This document shows positions 17,311-26,161 of a stretch of DNA of 32,000 nucleotides, piece by piece. Both the position numbers and the translations under genes were made by a program. The stretch spans positions 224,123 to 256,122 of the forward strand of contig JANPJF010000006.1 of the NCBI GenBank assembly GCA_031425375.1, in the 5' to 3' direction. Below the pieces are notes generated by a model. It was not told where the DNA came from. It did no database searches and was given only the letters and a program-made list of their open reading frames with translations. The DNA comes from Chthonomonas sp. GTDB lineage: Bacteria > Armatimonadota > Fimbriimonadia > Fimbriimonadales > Fimbriimonadaceae. How positions within the stretch are numbered: position 1 is the first letter of the stretch; each line of letters starts with the position of its first letter.

Positions 17311-17742
17311 TCAGGTTTTCGAGCTTGCTCGGCACCCGGGACAGCTACGATGCGACTTCACCGAGTTCCCCACATGGAAGCCAATGACGAATGAGGCACC
17401 CACGAGCGACAGTGCCGTCGACACCGGATCAATACCGTGGTTATGTCCCGCGTGATCATGAGCAAAAAACACCTGTCGCGCGATTAGAATCGCCAAACCG
17501 ATGATCAACGCGACCGCGAGTCGCGCGTCGCCATGCCGCCGGAAGCCCGTGACGGCAGCGAACGTACCGGCGATCACCGCGATGCCGAGGAAAAGCCAGT
17601 CCACTCTGGAATCCGTGAAAAACCCAAGCCCAAGCGTAGAAAGGAGGCCGAGCGCAACGCCTGACAATGCGCAGTGAATCGCGCATAGGAAGCTTGCGGT
17701 GCCCCCTACTCGATCCCAATTCACCCCTCTCGGTGCTTTCAT
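17311..17742 (-). CDS. MerC-domain-like membrane protein
   Basis: GGTASFLCAIHCALSGVALGLLSTLGLGFFTDSRVDWLFLGIAVIAGTFAAVTGFRRHG...FAHDHAGHNHG...CPGC. Confidence 0.75.
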   Translation of the reverse strand: MKAPRGVNWDRVGGTASFLCAIHCALSGVALGLLSTLGLGFFTDSRVDWLFLGIAVIAGTFAAVTGFRRHGDARLAVALIIGLAILIARQVFFAHDHAGHNHGIDPVSTALSLVGASFVIGFHVGNSVKSHRSCPGCRASSKT

Positions 17743-17786
17743 GCCCTACATTGTTGCATATTTATTGCATTAAGCCACCAAGTCCC

Positions 17787-18458
17787 ATGGCCCATAATCA
17801 ACAAACGATGAATGAGTTGCTGCTTCGAGAGAAGGTGTGCGAGATCGGGCGGCTGCTTTGGGATCGGCACCTCATCGGCGCACTCGAGGGAAACATCTCC
17901 TGCCGCCTAAGCCCAACGCGATTTCTCTGTACTCCTGCTGGACGAAACAAAGGCCTGCTCGACCCTGCTGACCTCGTCGTGATTGACCTCAGCGGATCCC
18001 CAGCGGGTGCAGGCCGGCCTAGCAGCGAAATTCGTCTCCACCTGGAGTGCTACGCCCAGCGACCGGATTGTCAAGCGGTGGTCCACGCCCATCCTCCATT
18101 TGCCACCGCTTTTGCATTAACAGGCCGAACACTCCCAGGCAACCTCCTGCCTGAGGCAGCCGTGATCTTGGGTGACGTGCCATTAGTCCCATTCGCGATA
18201 CCGGGAACAGACACTATGCGCGACGCGATCCGACCATTCCTTGCCCTCCACGACGTGTTCTTGCTCGCGAATCACGGGGCGTTGGCGATCGGCGAGGATC
18301 TGGATCAAGCCTTTGGCAAAATGGACACCCTGGAGCGGGTGGCCGCAGTCGTTTTCCGCGCGATGCAGATTGACAAACCCGTCCCGCTGTCCCCAGAAGT
18401 TTGTGAGTCGCTCCGGAAACTTGGCCCCCAAGCTAAACTAGAGCAAGCCGAACGATGA
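17787..18458 (+). CDS. Class II aldolase/adducin family protein (L-fuculose-phosphate-aldolase-like)
   Basis: Start taken as MAHNQQTMNELLLREK rather than the upstream ORF start. EGNISCRLSPTRFLCTPAG, RLHLECYAQRPDCQAVVHAHPPFATAFAL, DVFLLANHGALAIGEDL. Confidence 0.9.
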   Translation: MAHNQQTMNELLLREKVCEIGRLLWDRHLIGALEGNISCRLSPTRFLCTPAGRNKGLLDPADLVVIDLSGSPAGAGRPSSEIRLHLECYAQRPDCQAVVHAHPPFATAFALTGRTLPGNLLPEAAVILGDVPLVPFAIPGTDTMRDAIRPFLALHDVFLLANHGALAIGEDLDQAFGKMDTLERVAAVVFRAMQIDKPVPLSPEVCESLRKLGPQAKLEQAER

Positions 18459-19708
18459 GATACCAAGCACCCCGAGGCACCCACGACGTCCTACCCAAGG
18501 AATCCCACGCCTGGCAACACGTCGAGCGCACCTTTGCCGACCTGGTCAGGCGCTATGGCTTCGCGGAAATCCGCACACCCATGTTCGAGGAGACCGAACT
18601 CTTCGCTCGTACAAGCGGTGACACGAGCGAAATTGTTACCAAACAGATGTATCAGTTCCTCGACAAAGGCGGTCGAGACGTTACGCTGAAGCCCGAGGGC
18701 ACCGCGGCCGCAGTGCGCAGTTATCTTGAACATCACCTGGGCGAGCAAGGCGCGCTTACCAAACTTTGGTACGAAACCCCTGTCTTTCGGTACGAGCGTC
18801 CCCAGAAGGGCCGCTTCCGCCAACATCACCAACTAGGAGTGGAACTGCTCGGATCGCCTTCACCCATGGCCGACGCTGAAGTCATAGAAATTGCAGTCCG
18901 CTTCTTCCAATCACTTGGGTTAAAGGATTTGGAAGTTTCCGTCAATTCGATCGGGCGCGCTGAGACTCGCGACCGTTACCGAAACGCGCTCCTAGGGCAC
19001 GCCGCGTCGTATCTAAGCGAACTTGACGAGCAAGAAAGAGCAAGAGCAGAGCGGAATCCTCTGAGACTCCTGGACAGCAAGGACCCCAAGGCGATTGAAC
19101 TGTTGCAAAACGCACCGAGCATCCTGGACCACCTCGAAGACGCGAGCAAAGCGAGTTTCGAACGACTGCTAGAGCTCCTTGAAAGCGCAAACATCCCTTT
19201 CTCGGTGCAACCGCGCATCGTTCGGGGGCTCGACTACTACACCGACACCGTTTTCGAGGTTCAAAGCACCGCCTTGGGAGCGCAGAGCGCGCTGTGTGGG
19301 GGAGGTCGCTACGATGGGCTTGTTAAAGCGATCGGTGGGCCCGATACGCCAGCCGTCGGATTCGGTATCGGCATTGAGCGTCTAATGCTGGTGCTAGAAG
19401 CCCAAAATGTCTTGCCGCCATGTCCAAAACTGGACGCATTTCTGGTTGCCGCAACCGAAGCCGCAAGACCTTCGTTATCTAGTCTTGCCAGCGGCTTGCG
19501 GCAAGCCGGTTTTTCCGTAATGCTTGATTTTGACGGCAAGAACCTGAAATCTCAGTTTAAGCAAGCCGACCGAAGCGGAGCGCGCTTCGCAATTGTGATC
19601 GGGGACGACGAACTTGCCGCGAACAGCGTGTCGCTTCGCAACCTACAGGCGAGCACACAGAATTTGGTCCCACTGACAGCTTTGCATGAGGCGTTGCGTG
19701 CGGGTTAG
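18455..19708 (+). CDS. hisS: Histidyl-tRNA synthetase
   Basis: MRYQAPRGTHDVLP; TLKPEGTAAAVRSYLEHH; QFHQLGVELLG-type motif (QHHQLGVELLGSPSPMADAEVI); GLDYYTDTVFE; LCGGGRYDGL. Confidence 0.98.
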   Translation: MRYQAPRGTHDVLPKESHAWQHVERTFADLVRRYGFAEIRTPMFEETELFARTSGDTSEIVTKQMYQFLDKGGRDVTLKPEGTAAAVRSYLEHHLGEQGALTKLWYETPVFRYERPQKGRFRQHHQLGVELLGSPSPMADAEVIEIAVRFFQSLGLKDLEVSVNSIGRAETRDRYRNALLGHAASYLSELDEQERARAERNPLRLLDSKDPKAIELLQNAPSILDHLEDASKASFERLLELLESANIPFSVQPRIVRGLDYYTDTVFEVQSTALGAQSALCGGGRYDGLVKAIGGPDTPAVGFGIGIERLMLVLEAQNVLPPCPKLDAFLVAATEAARPSLSSLASGLRQAGFSVMLDFDGKNLKSQFKQADRSGARFAIVIGDDELAANSVSLRNLQASTQNLVPLTALHEALRAG

Positions 19709-20570
19709 CCTGGCCCTCGCGGTGTCTCTGGGGCTGGCGCATTCCGCCCTCGCCCAAGTGCCCGATGTCAGCATCGTCACCGATGTGCGTTCGACCTTGC
19801 AGTTCTCTCAAAAAGACGCCAAGACACGATTTTACGATCCGTTCGGGCGGATCAGTACGGTAACTCTCCAGCTCATCTTGGAGGGCTTCTATGTAGTTCG
19901 ATTGAGCGAGCGATTCGCCCGTATCCCAGGCGACACGATGGGAAAGCAACTTGAATACGCCTATTTCGAGTACCCCGGCCTATGGCGCGTCGGTGTAATC
20001 CCTGCCCGATTCGGGCGCGGATGGCTCATCCGCGAATACGGCCTCGGCGGAGAAATACGAACCAATCTTCTCTTTGACAACCTTCCCTTCTCGATCGGCG
20101 CGATAGACGACGGCGAGCGCCGCACCCGCGGCGTCATGGCGAGGGCCGGGGGTCGAGTGGGGGTGAGCTTTGCCTCGGGCAACCACTTCGCCGCTTCTGG
20201 CACCTCACTCACCGCCATCCGCAGCCCCGAAGAGGCCCCTGGGATTGGTCGTGGATACAAGACTTTATATGGCGTCGACGCGTCTGGCCGCTTTGGACCT
20301 TGGCGTGGTAGCTTTGAGGCGGTGAGTCTCAAGCAAGGCCAAACGAGCCTCGACAAAGATGAAAAAGTCCTAGACTTCGAGCTGGCCTACCAGCTCTCAC
20401 CCCTTGGAAATGAGTACCGAATCGGCTACGCGCGCACCTTGCGCGGTCGATCCGACCATCTCCGCGCCGAGGTTGAGGCACCCGTAGATCAGAAGCTAAG
20501 CATTACCGGCCAGTTCCGGCTGGACTCGGGTCGAGCGCTCTACGCCATCGGCCTCCGCGCCCGATTTTGA
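19686..20570 (+). CDS. Secreted/outer-membrane beta-barrel-like protein of unknown function
   Basis: Signal-peptide-like MRRCVRVSLALAVSLGLAHSALAQ, alternating amphipathic strand pattern, C-terminal aromatic (LRARF). Confidence 0.65.
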   Translation: MRRCVRVSLALAVSLGLAHSALAQVPDVSIVTDVRSTLQFSQKDAKTRFYDPFGRISTVTLQLILEGFYVVRLSERFARIPGDTMGKQLEYAYFEYPGLWRVGVIPARFGRGWLIREYGLGGEIRTNLLFDNLPFSIGAIDDGERRTRGVMARAGGRVGVSFASGNHFAASGTSLTAIRSPEEAPGIGRGYKTLYGVDASGRFGPWRGSFEAVSLKQGQTSLDKDEKVLDFELAYQLSPLGNEYRIGYARTLRGRSDHLRAEVEAPVDQKLSITGQFRLDSGRALYAIGLRARF

Positions 20571-20580
20571 GATTGAACCG

Positions 20581-20586
20581 TATAAT
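20581..20586 (+). promoter_or_regulatory. Putative -10 element of the J-domain-like gene
   Basis: Exact TATAAT 12 nt before the ATG at 20599. Confidence 0.5.
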
Positions 20587-20598
20587 CGAAGGCACACC

Positions 20599-21000
20599 AT
20601 GAGTGGAGAATTTCAGCGAGCAGTCGGCCTGGTCAAGGGGTATGTGAATCGGGAATGGGAGCGCATCAACGCAGTCGAGACGCTTGACGCCCGAAGCGAG
20701 CTTGACGACATAAGTCGCAACCCATCATCGCGTCCCAGCCGCGCAGAGGACACCGTCATCGTACGCGACGCAGCTCATGCTCGGCGTATTCTAGACGTCG
20801 CCGAAGGGGCTGATTACGAGGCTATTAAAACCGCTTACGAGAATCTAAGCGCGCAGTCAAAGCCGGAGCAATTCCCCACCGGGACAGAAGAATTCTCAAG
20901 GGCGACACGGATTCAGCGCAGTATCCACACGGCGTACACCCTTCTCATCGAAGAATTTGGCACCACAGAGCGCCGCTTTAAGTCCCTAGAGATCGACTGA
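20599..21000 (+). CDS. Small protein with a degenerate J-domain-like C terminus
   Basis: ARRILDVAEGADYEAIKTAYENLSAQSKPEQFPTGTEEFSRATRIQRSIHTAYTLLIEEFG resembles DnaJ helices I-IV, but the HPD tripeptide is absent. Confidence 0.6.
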   Translation: MSGEFQRAVGLVKGYVNREWERINAVETLDARSELDDISRNPSSRPSRAEDTVIVRDAAHARRILDVAEGADYEAIKTAYENLSAQSKPEQFPTGTEEFSRATRIQRSIHTAYTLLIEEFGTTERRFKSLEID

Positions 21001-21005
21001 AGTGC

Positions 21006-21929
21006 CTAACGGCGGAACATCGACTTCAAGATAAACCACATGTTCGCGGGCCGCTCGGCCAGCCGCCGTGTGAAGTACGGGTACCAACTGTCGCCATACG
21101 GCACGTAAACGCGCACGTTGTAGCCTTCCGCAGCAAGTCCATCCTGCAAATCGCGCCGGATCCCGTACAGCATCTGCCACTCGAACCGCTCCTTGCCAAT
21201 CCCCTCGGCAATGGCGAACGCCTTCAATTCAGCGATAATTTTCTCGTCGTGAGTAGCGATCGCGGGGTAATTCCCTTCGCGCATCAGCATCTTTGACATC
21301 TCAATGTACTGCCGATCGGTCTCCGCTTTGGAGCTGACCACTACATTCTCGGGCTCCAGATAAGCACCCTTCACCACCCGAATCCGCACCCCAAGAGCGA
21401 TCATCCGACGCGTATCATCTAGCGCCCGGATCAGATAGGACTGCAAAACCGTGCCCGTATTCTTGAAGTCGCCGAAGACCTTCTCGATCATAGTCAGCGT
21501 GCGCTCCGTGTACTCGCTCGCCTCCATGTCCACTCGAACAAAAGTGTCCGACTCCGCCGCTTGCCAAAGCAACTGGCGATAGTTGTCTTCCGCCCAGCTT
21601 GGGTCAATATCGAGACCGCATTGCGTGAGCTTGATCGAGATATTGATCTTTTTCTGGTGCGGGCTCTGAGCGATGGCGGAGACAATCTCCCTGTACATCT
21701 GGCAAGCGTGCACCGCCTCTTCTCGAGTTGAAGTGTTTTCCCCCAAATAGTCCAGCGAAACGTTGAGTCCCCTAGAGGCGAGCGACTCGGCGGCGCGCAT
21801 CGCGGACGAAAGGTCGTCTCCGGCGATGAATCGCGAGACCATGGGCCTAAAGAGAAAGGAGCGCCGCACGAGCCGCTCGATGGGGCCGAGCGCGGCGGTT
21901 TTGAGAATGATTGCACGACCTAACGACAT
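21006..21929 (-). CDS. Proline dehydrogenase (monofunctional)
   Basis: NVSLDYLGENTSTREEA, NISIKLTQCGLDID, VRVDMEASEYTERTL, GVRIRVVKGAYLEP, ATHDEKII, FEWQMLYGIRRDLQDGLAAEGYNVRVYVPYGDSWYPYFTRRLAERPAN. Confidence 0.95.
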   Translation of the reverse strand: MSLGRAIILKTAALGPIERLVRRSFLFRPMVSRFIAGDDLSSAMRAAESLASRGLNVSLDYLGENTSTREEAVHACQMYREIVSAIAQSPHQKKINISIKLTQCGLDIDPSWAEDNYRQLLWQAAESDTFVRVDMEASEYTERTLTMIEKVFGDFKNTGTVLQSYLIRALDDTRRMIALGVRIRVVKGAYLEPENVVVSSKAETDRQYIEMSKMLMREGNYPAIATHDEKIIAELKAFAIAEGIGKERFEWQMLYGIRRDLQDGLAAEGYNVRVYVPYGDSWYPYFTRRLAERPANMWFILKSMFRR

Positions 21930-21963
21930 TGTTGGGCTTCCAGTTCAATTGTACTTGAGCCGC

Positions 21964-24012
21964 TCAGCCGCCCATGGCCCGAGTCGCCTGATTCACGAGC
22001 ACCGCACAGACCCAAGCCAATCCCGTCATGTAGAAAAACACAAACGTGGGCCATTTCCAAGAATTTGTTTCCCGGCGGATCGTGGCGAGCGTCGCTCCGC
22101 ACTGGCAGCACAGCGCAAAGAAAATCATAAGCGCGAACGCGGTACCCGTAGTCATCAGTGGTCGCCCATCCGGCCACTTCGCGTTCTTAATCGCCCCTCG
22201 TAAGTCGGACGACTCTTCGTCCTGATCCCCGCCCAGGTCAAAAATGATTCCCAGGGAACTCACCAAAACTTCTCGGGCCGGGAAGGCAGCCAAGATCGCA
22301 GTACTAATGCGCCAATCGAATCCGGCGGGAACAAAAACGGGCTCGATGAACTTGCCAAACCTCCCCAAGTAGGAATCCTCTAGCCTGCGGGCATCGACGA
22401 AATTCTCAAACGTTGAAACCACCTTCGCGCGGGACTCCTCGTCATCTGGCAGCGGGATATCCGAATGACCGTCCAGCTTTTCCGCACCGGTCGCCGAAAA
22501 CTTGGAGTAGAGTTCGACCCCCGCCGGGCTCCGATAAAGCTCTTGCTCGTACAGTCGGTCCGCCGCATCGCTGCGCGGGAAGTAGAGCAGTCCCCAAATG
22601 ATCACCGACATGACGATAATGATCGTGCCCGCGGTCTGCAGAAAGACTTTCGCTCGACCAAACATGGCGCGGCCAACTTCCTTCCACTTCGGAAATTGGT
22701 AAGGCGGGAGCTCCATCAAGAACGGCAATTGTTTGCCGCGAAGCACCTTGCGATTCAGGATGAAGATGATGGGAATCGAAATGATCGCCCCGATGGCGTG
22801 CATTCCAAAAAGGGTGAGCCCGGCAACCCAAGGTCCATATCTCGGCTCAATGATCGCCCCGATGAGCAAGATGTACACCGGTAAACGGGCCGAACAGGAC
22901 ATCAGCGGCGCGACCAAAATCGTGACCAGTCGGCTCTTAGCGTCCGGCATGATACGCGCCGCCATGATCCCTGGAATCGCGCAGGCGAACGAACTCAGCA
23001 GCGGTATAAATGCCTTCCCATTGAGGCCGCACCAGCCCAGCGACTTATCCATCAAGAAGCTGGCCCGGGCTAGGTAGCCAGACCCTTCCAAAATCGCCAC
23101 AAACCCGAATAGGATCAAGATCTGAGGCAGAAACACGGCGACTCCGCCGATGCCCGCGATGATCCCGTCTACGACCAGCGATTGAAGCCACGGGATCGGG
23201 GCCAATGCCCCGCCAACAAAATCTCCAACCCAGCTAAAGCCAAATTCGATCACGTCCATGATCGGGCCGGCGAGAGTGTAAACACTCTGGAACATCCCGT
23301 ACATGACCAGCAGGAAAAAAACCAACCCGAAGACCCGGTGGGTCAGCCAGAAGTCAATTTTGTCCTGCCGTGCCCGCAGCTTCAGAGCAGGGTTTTCTTT
23401 GAACGTAGCCGCGTGAACAGTCTCTGCCCAGGCGTAGCGAGAATCGACCGAATCAAAGGTCAGAGTCGAGGGCTCCTGCCCTTTATCGATAACGCTTTTC
23501 AGCACCATCTTTAGCCGAGAGATTCCATGTGATTTGTGTGAAACCACCGGCACAACCGGAACTCCCAGCAGTTGCTCCAAGGCAACCAGGTCCACCTCGA
23601 TCCCCTTGCGCTTCACGATGTCGCTCATCGTAAGAACCGCGATCATCGGGATTCCAAGCTCGATGACTTGGCTGAAGAAGAAGAGATTCCGCTCGAGATT
23701 GGTCGCGTCCAACGCGATCAACATTACATCGGCCCGGCGCTCGTCGTCGCCCGTGCCTTTGATGGCTTCGGTAGCAATCACCTCGTCCATCGACATCGGG
23801 GTGAGCGTGTACAGCCCTGGAATATCTACAATCTCGACCTCAACGTCGTCGATATGGAATCGGCCGCTGAGTTTCTCGACCGTGACACCCGGGTAGTTGC
23901 CGACCTTAGCGTCGCCCCCGGTCAGGGCATTGAAAATGGAAGTTTTGCCTGCATTTGGGTTACCAATCAGGCCGATAAGAGTGGTTTTCTTCCAGGCCGC
24001 GGTTCCGGGCAT
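21964..24012 (-). CDS. feoB: Ferrous iron transport protein B
   Basis: 682 aa. GLIGNPNAGKTSIFNALTGGDAKVGNYPGVTVEKLSG, DIPGLYTLTPMSMDE, multi-TM region with Gate motifs (SCARLPVYILLIGA, FPAREVLVSSLG). Confidence 0.96.
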   Translation of the reverse strand: MPGTAAWKKTTLIGLIGNPNAGKTSIFNALTGGDAKVGNYPGVTVEKLSGRFHIDDVEVEIVDIPGLYTLTPMSMDEVIATEAIKGTGDDERRADVMLIALDATNLERNLFFFSQVIELGIPMIAVLTMSDIVKRKGIEVDLVALEQLLGVPVVPVVSHKSHGISRLKMVLKSVIDKGQEPSTLTFDSVDSRYAWAETVHAATFKENPALKLRARQDKIDFWLTHRVFGLVFFLLVMYGMFQSVYTLAGPIMDVIEFGFSWVGDFVGGALAPIPWLQSLVVDGIIAGIGGVAVFLPQILILFGFVAILEGSGYLARASFLMDKSLGWCGLNGKAFIPLLSSFACAIPGIMAARIMPDAKSRLVTILVAPLMSCSARLPVYILLIGAIIEPRYGPWVAGLTLFGMHAIGAIISIPIIFILNRKVLRGKQLPFLMELPPYQFPKWKEVGRAMFGRAKVFLQTAGTIIIVMSVIIWGLLYFPRSDAADRLYEQELYRSPAGVELYSKFSATGAEKLDGHSDIPLPDDEESRAKVVSTFENFVDARRLEDSYLGRFGKFIEPVFVPAGFDWRISTAILAAFPAREVLVSSLGIIFDLGGDQDEESSDLRGAIKNAKWPDGRPLMTTGTAFALMIFFALCCQCGATLATIRRETNSWKWPTFVFFYMTGLAWVCAVLVNQATRAMGG

Positions 24013-24015
24013 GGA

Positions 24016-24255
24016 TTACTTGTCAACCTCGACTTCGATGCCTGCCATTTCGCTCCGGCGAAGGCAAAGACGACAGCGACGGAATTGAACCTCTACCGGG
24101 TCGCCAAGAGGGGCTTGCTTCACCACCTCGATCTCCGTACCCACGCAAAGCCCCATTTCTTGGAGTCTGAGCGTGCATTCATCTTCGCAAAGGTACCGAA
24201 CAACCTTTCCCTTCGCTCCCGGCTTCATCTTGGACAGATTCGCTTCGTTGGCCAC
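24016..24255 (-). CDS. feoA: Ferrous iron transport protein A
   Basis: GTG start. KGKVVRYLCEDECTLRLQEMGLCVGTEIEVVKQAPLGDPVEVQFRRCRLCLRRSEMAGIEVE, immediately upstream of feoB. Confidence 0.9.
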   Translation of the reverse strand: MANEANLSKMKPGAKGKVVRYLCEDECTLRLQEMGLCVGTEIEVVKQAPLGDPVEVQFRRCRLCLRRSEMAGIEVEVDK

Positions 24256-24269
24256 AGCAGTCTCTCAAA

Positions 24270-24287
24270 TGTAAAGGTACCTTAACA
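24270..24287. promoter_or_regulatory. Putative metalloregulator operator upstream of feoAB
   Basis: Near-perfect 18-bp palindrome TGTAAAGGTACCTTAACA (one mismatched pair), 15 nt upstream of the feoA start. Confidence 0.5.
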
Positions 24288-24358
24288 AGCCCGCTCAGAA
24301 CGAATTTTGCCGTCGAGGCGTTCACTTAAAGTAATCTTTCCTAAAAAGTATAGACGCC

Positions 24359-25435
24359 ATGATTTCAGAATTGCTCAGTCTCGGGACCTTAAAATCGGAA
24401 AACCGTTTGGTGCTCGCACCCATGACCACCTACTCTAGTGATGAGGCCGGCATTATCACTGCGGGCGAACTGGAATTGCTGAACTCCCGCTCCCTCGATG
24501 GGTTTGGGATCGTGATGACGGCCGCGTGCTACGTTCACAAAACCGGGCACGCCTTCAAGGGCCAGTGGCGATGTGATACGGACGACGCCATCGCACCTTC
24601 CCTGCGCCCCGCTGCCGATGCGATTCGGTCGGGCGGGGGCAAGTCCGTATTGCAAATCCATCACGGTGGGCGAGCCTGCTCGGCCAAATTGTGCGGCCAG
24701 GTTCTCAGCGCTTCGGCGATACCGGCCGTTCGGGATGGCGCAGAAACCCCCGCCGAAATGACTCCTGAGCAGATTTTCGAGGTCATCTCGGCCTTTGGTT
24801 CAGCGGCCCGTCGAGCAGAGGAAGCCGGATTTGACGGCGTCGAAATCCACGGTGCAAACACCTATCTCCTCCAACAATTTGTGAGCCCCCACTCTAACCG
24901 CCGTACCGATGAGTTTGGCCAAAACCGCCTGCTGTTCTCAAAGCTTGTCGTTGAAGCAGTGTTAGAATCCGTTTCCCCCGGCTACCCCGTCGGATACCGC
25001 TTCTCGCCAGAGGAAGTCGAAGTCCCAGGCATTCGCCTGCCCGACACGCTCAAGCTAATCGATCTCCTTTGCGAATACCCTCTCGCCTGGTTGCACATTT
25101 CCCTCGGGGATTTCCAGCAGACCAGCCTGGTGGATGACTTTAAGGAGCCCACCTTGGAATTGGTCTTGAATCACCTGGATAATCGGCTACCGCTGATCGG
25201 AGTAGGGAAACTCACATCTAGGGAAAGCATTGATGAGTGTTTGCAGATGGGATGCGCCGCCGCTGCGATCGGAAAAGCCGCGATCACCGATCCAAAATTT
25301 GCAAGCAAAGTGCTCAACGGTGAATCACCGATATTGAAATTCCCCAAAGCAAATGCTGCCAAAGACCTTCAAATTCCAGAGGGACTGGCGCAGCGCATTC
25401 TAGGCGCACCGGGCTGGTTTGAGGTCGAGGACTAG
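24359..25435 (+). CDS. NADH:flavin oxidoreductase / Old Yellow Enzyme family
   Basis: NRLVLAPMTTYSSDEAG, GGGKSVLQIHHGGR, GFDGVEIHGANTYLLQQFVSPHSNRRTDEFG, VGKLTSRESIDECLQMGCAAAAIGKAAITDPKF. Confidence 0.93.
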   Translation: MISELLSLGTLKSENRLVLAPMTTYSSDEAGIITAGELELLNSRSLDGFGIVMTAACYVHKTGHAFKGQWRCDTDDAIAPSLRPAADAIRSGGGKSVLQIHHGGRACSAKLCGQVLSASAIPAVRDGAETPAEMTPEQIFEVISAFGSAARRAEEAGFDGVEIHGANTYLLQQFVSPHSNRRTDEFGQNRLLFSKLVVEAVLESVSPGYPVGYRFSPEEVEVPGIRLPDTLKLIDLLCEYPLAWLHISLGDFQQTSLVDDFKEPTLELVLNHLDNRLPLIGVGKLTSRESIDECLQMGCAAAAIGKAAITDPKFASKVLNGESPILKFPKANAAKDLQIPEGLAQRILGAPGWFEVED

Positions 25436-26151
25436 CGGCGAACCACTCGGTATAGCTTCTCGTCCCCACCATCTCCCACCTTGACGTTCACAGTCCACTG
25501 TGAAACGACGGCAATCGGCTTCTCCCCTGGAACGGACAGATTTTCGTTCACCGTGTAGCGTAAGACATCTCCCTCGGGAGAAATGGCGAGGATGTATTTG
25601 CCGGTGATTGGCGCGCTGGCGTAGGCTCGCCAATTGCCCGCGATTAGGCCCGCCTGCCCCGGCTCGGGCTCATTCCCGTTGTGCCACCCCACGCTAGCGA
25701 GTTGCCCTCGGAAAAACCGCAGGTGCTCGGTCTTCGCAATCAATAGGTCGAGCACGGGTGACTGACTGAGCAACCCTGGCTGCGCAATGGTGTACACATC
25801 CACGATCGAGTTGACCACTCCTTTCTGATTCTGAAGCTCGTAAAGCCGATCCCCTGCTCGCTGCGCGAGATTATCGGGCATCTCATAAGTGAACATGGTG
25901 CCATCCGCCACGGTGAGCCCTACGAGCTTCCTGTCCCTCCGCTCCTCCCGAATGTAGAGCTTGTACGGGCGTTCGTACTGAATGACGGTGTCGAACAGAG
26001 CGGTAACCCCGCCCCCCGATTGCCGGAAACTAACCGTGCCGGAGAGCTTCTTGGCGTCCGCATACTTCGCGAACATTTTGGATGCCAATTGGGAGGGCGT
26101 TACCTGTGCCGGAGCAGAGATGACGGAGGCGGCAAGCAATGCGGTAATCAT
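25432..26151 (-). CDS. Exported LolA/DUF2092-like protein
   Basis: Signal-like N terminus, then LASKMFAKYADAKKLSGTVSFRQ...TVIQYERPYKLYIREERRDRKLVGLTVADGTMFTYEMPDN. Typical LolA-fold pattern but weak. Confidence 0.6.
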   Translation of the reverse strand: MITALLAASVISAPAQVTPSQLASKMFAKYADAKKLSGTVSFRQSGGGVTALFDTVIQYERPYKLYIREERRDRKLVGLTVADGTMFTYEMPDNLAQRAGDRLYELQNQKGVVNSIVDVYTIAQPGLLSQSPVLDLLIAKTEHLRFFRGQLASVGWHNGNEPEPGQAGLIAGNWRAYASAPITGKYILAISPEGDVLRYTVNENLSVPGEKPIAVVSQWTVNVKVGDGGDEKLYRVVRR

Positions 26152-26161
26152 GATTCTAAGG

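Noticed and set aside
17745-17780. TTGCAT...TTGCAT repeat in the divergent MerC-like/aldolase promoter gap
   Set aside because: Too short and AT-rich to distinguish from ordinary promoter composition without comparative data.
17667-17786. Upstream extension of the class II aldolase ORF (MRSESRIGSL...)
   Set aside because: It overlaps the start of the divergent MerC-like gene and does not resemble the family. Homology-like sequence begins around MAHNQQTMNELLLREK at 17787.
23572-24285. 237-aa + strand ORF spanning feoB/feoA
   Set aside because: Antisense to two well-supported iron-transport genes; no independent evidence of coding.
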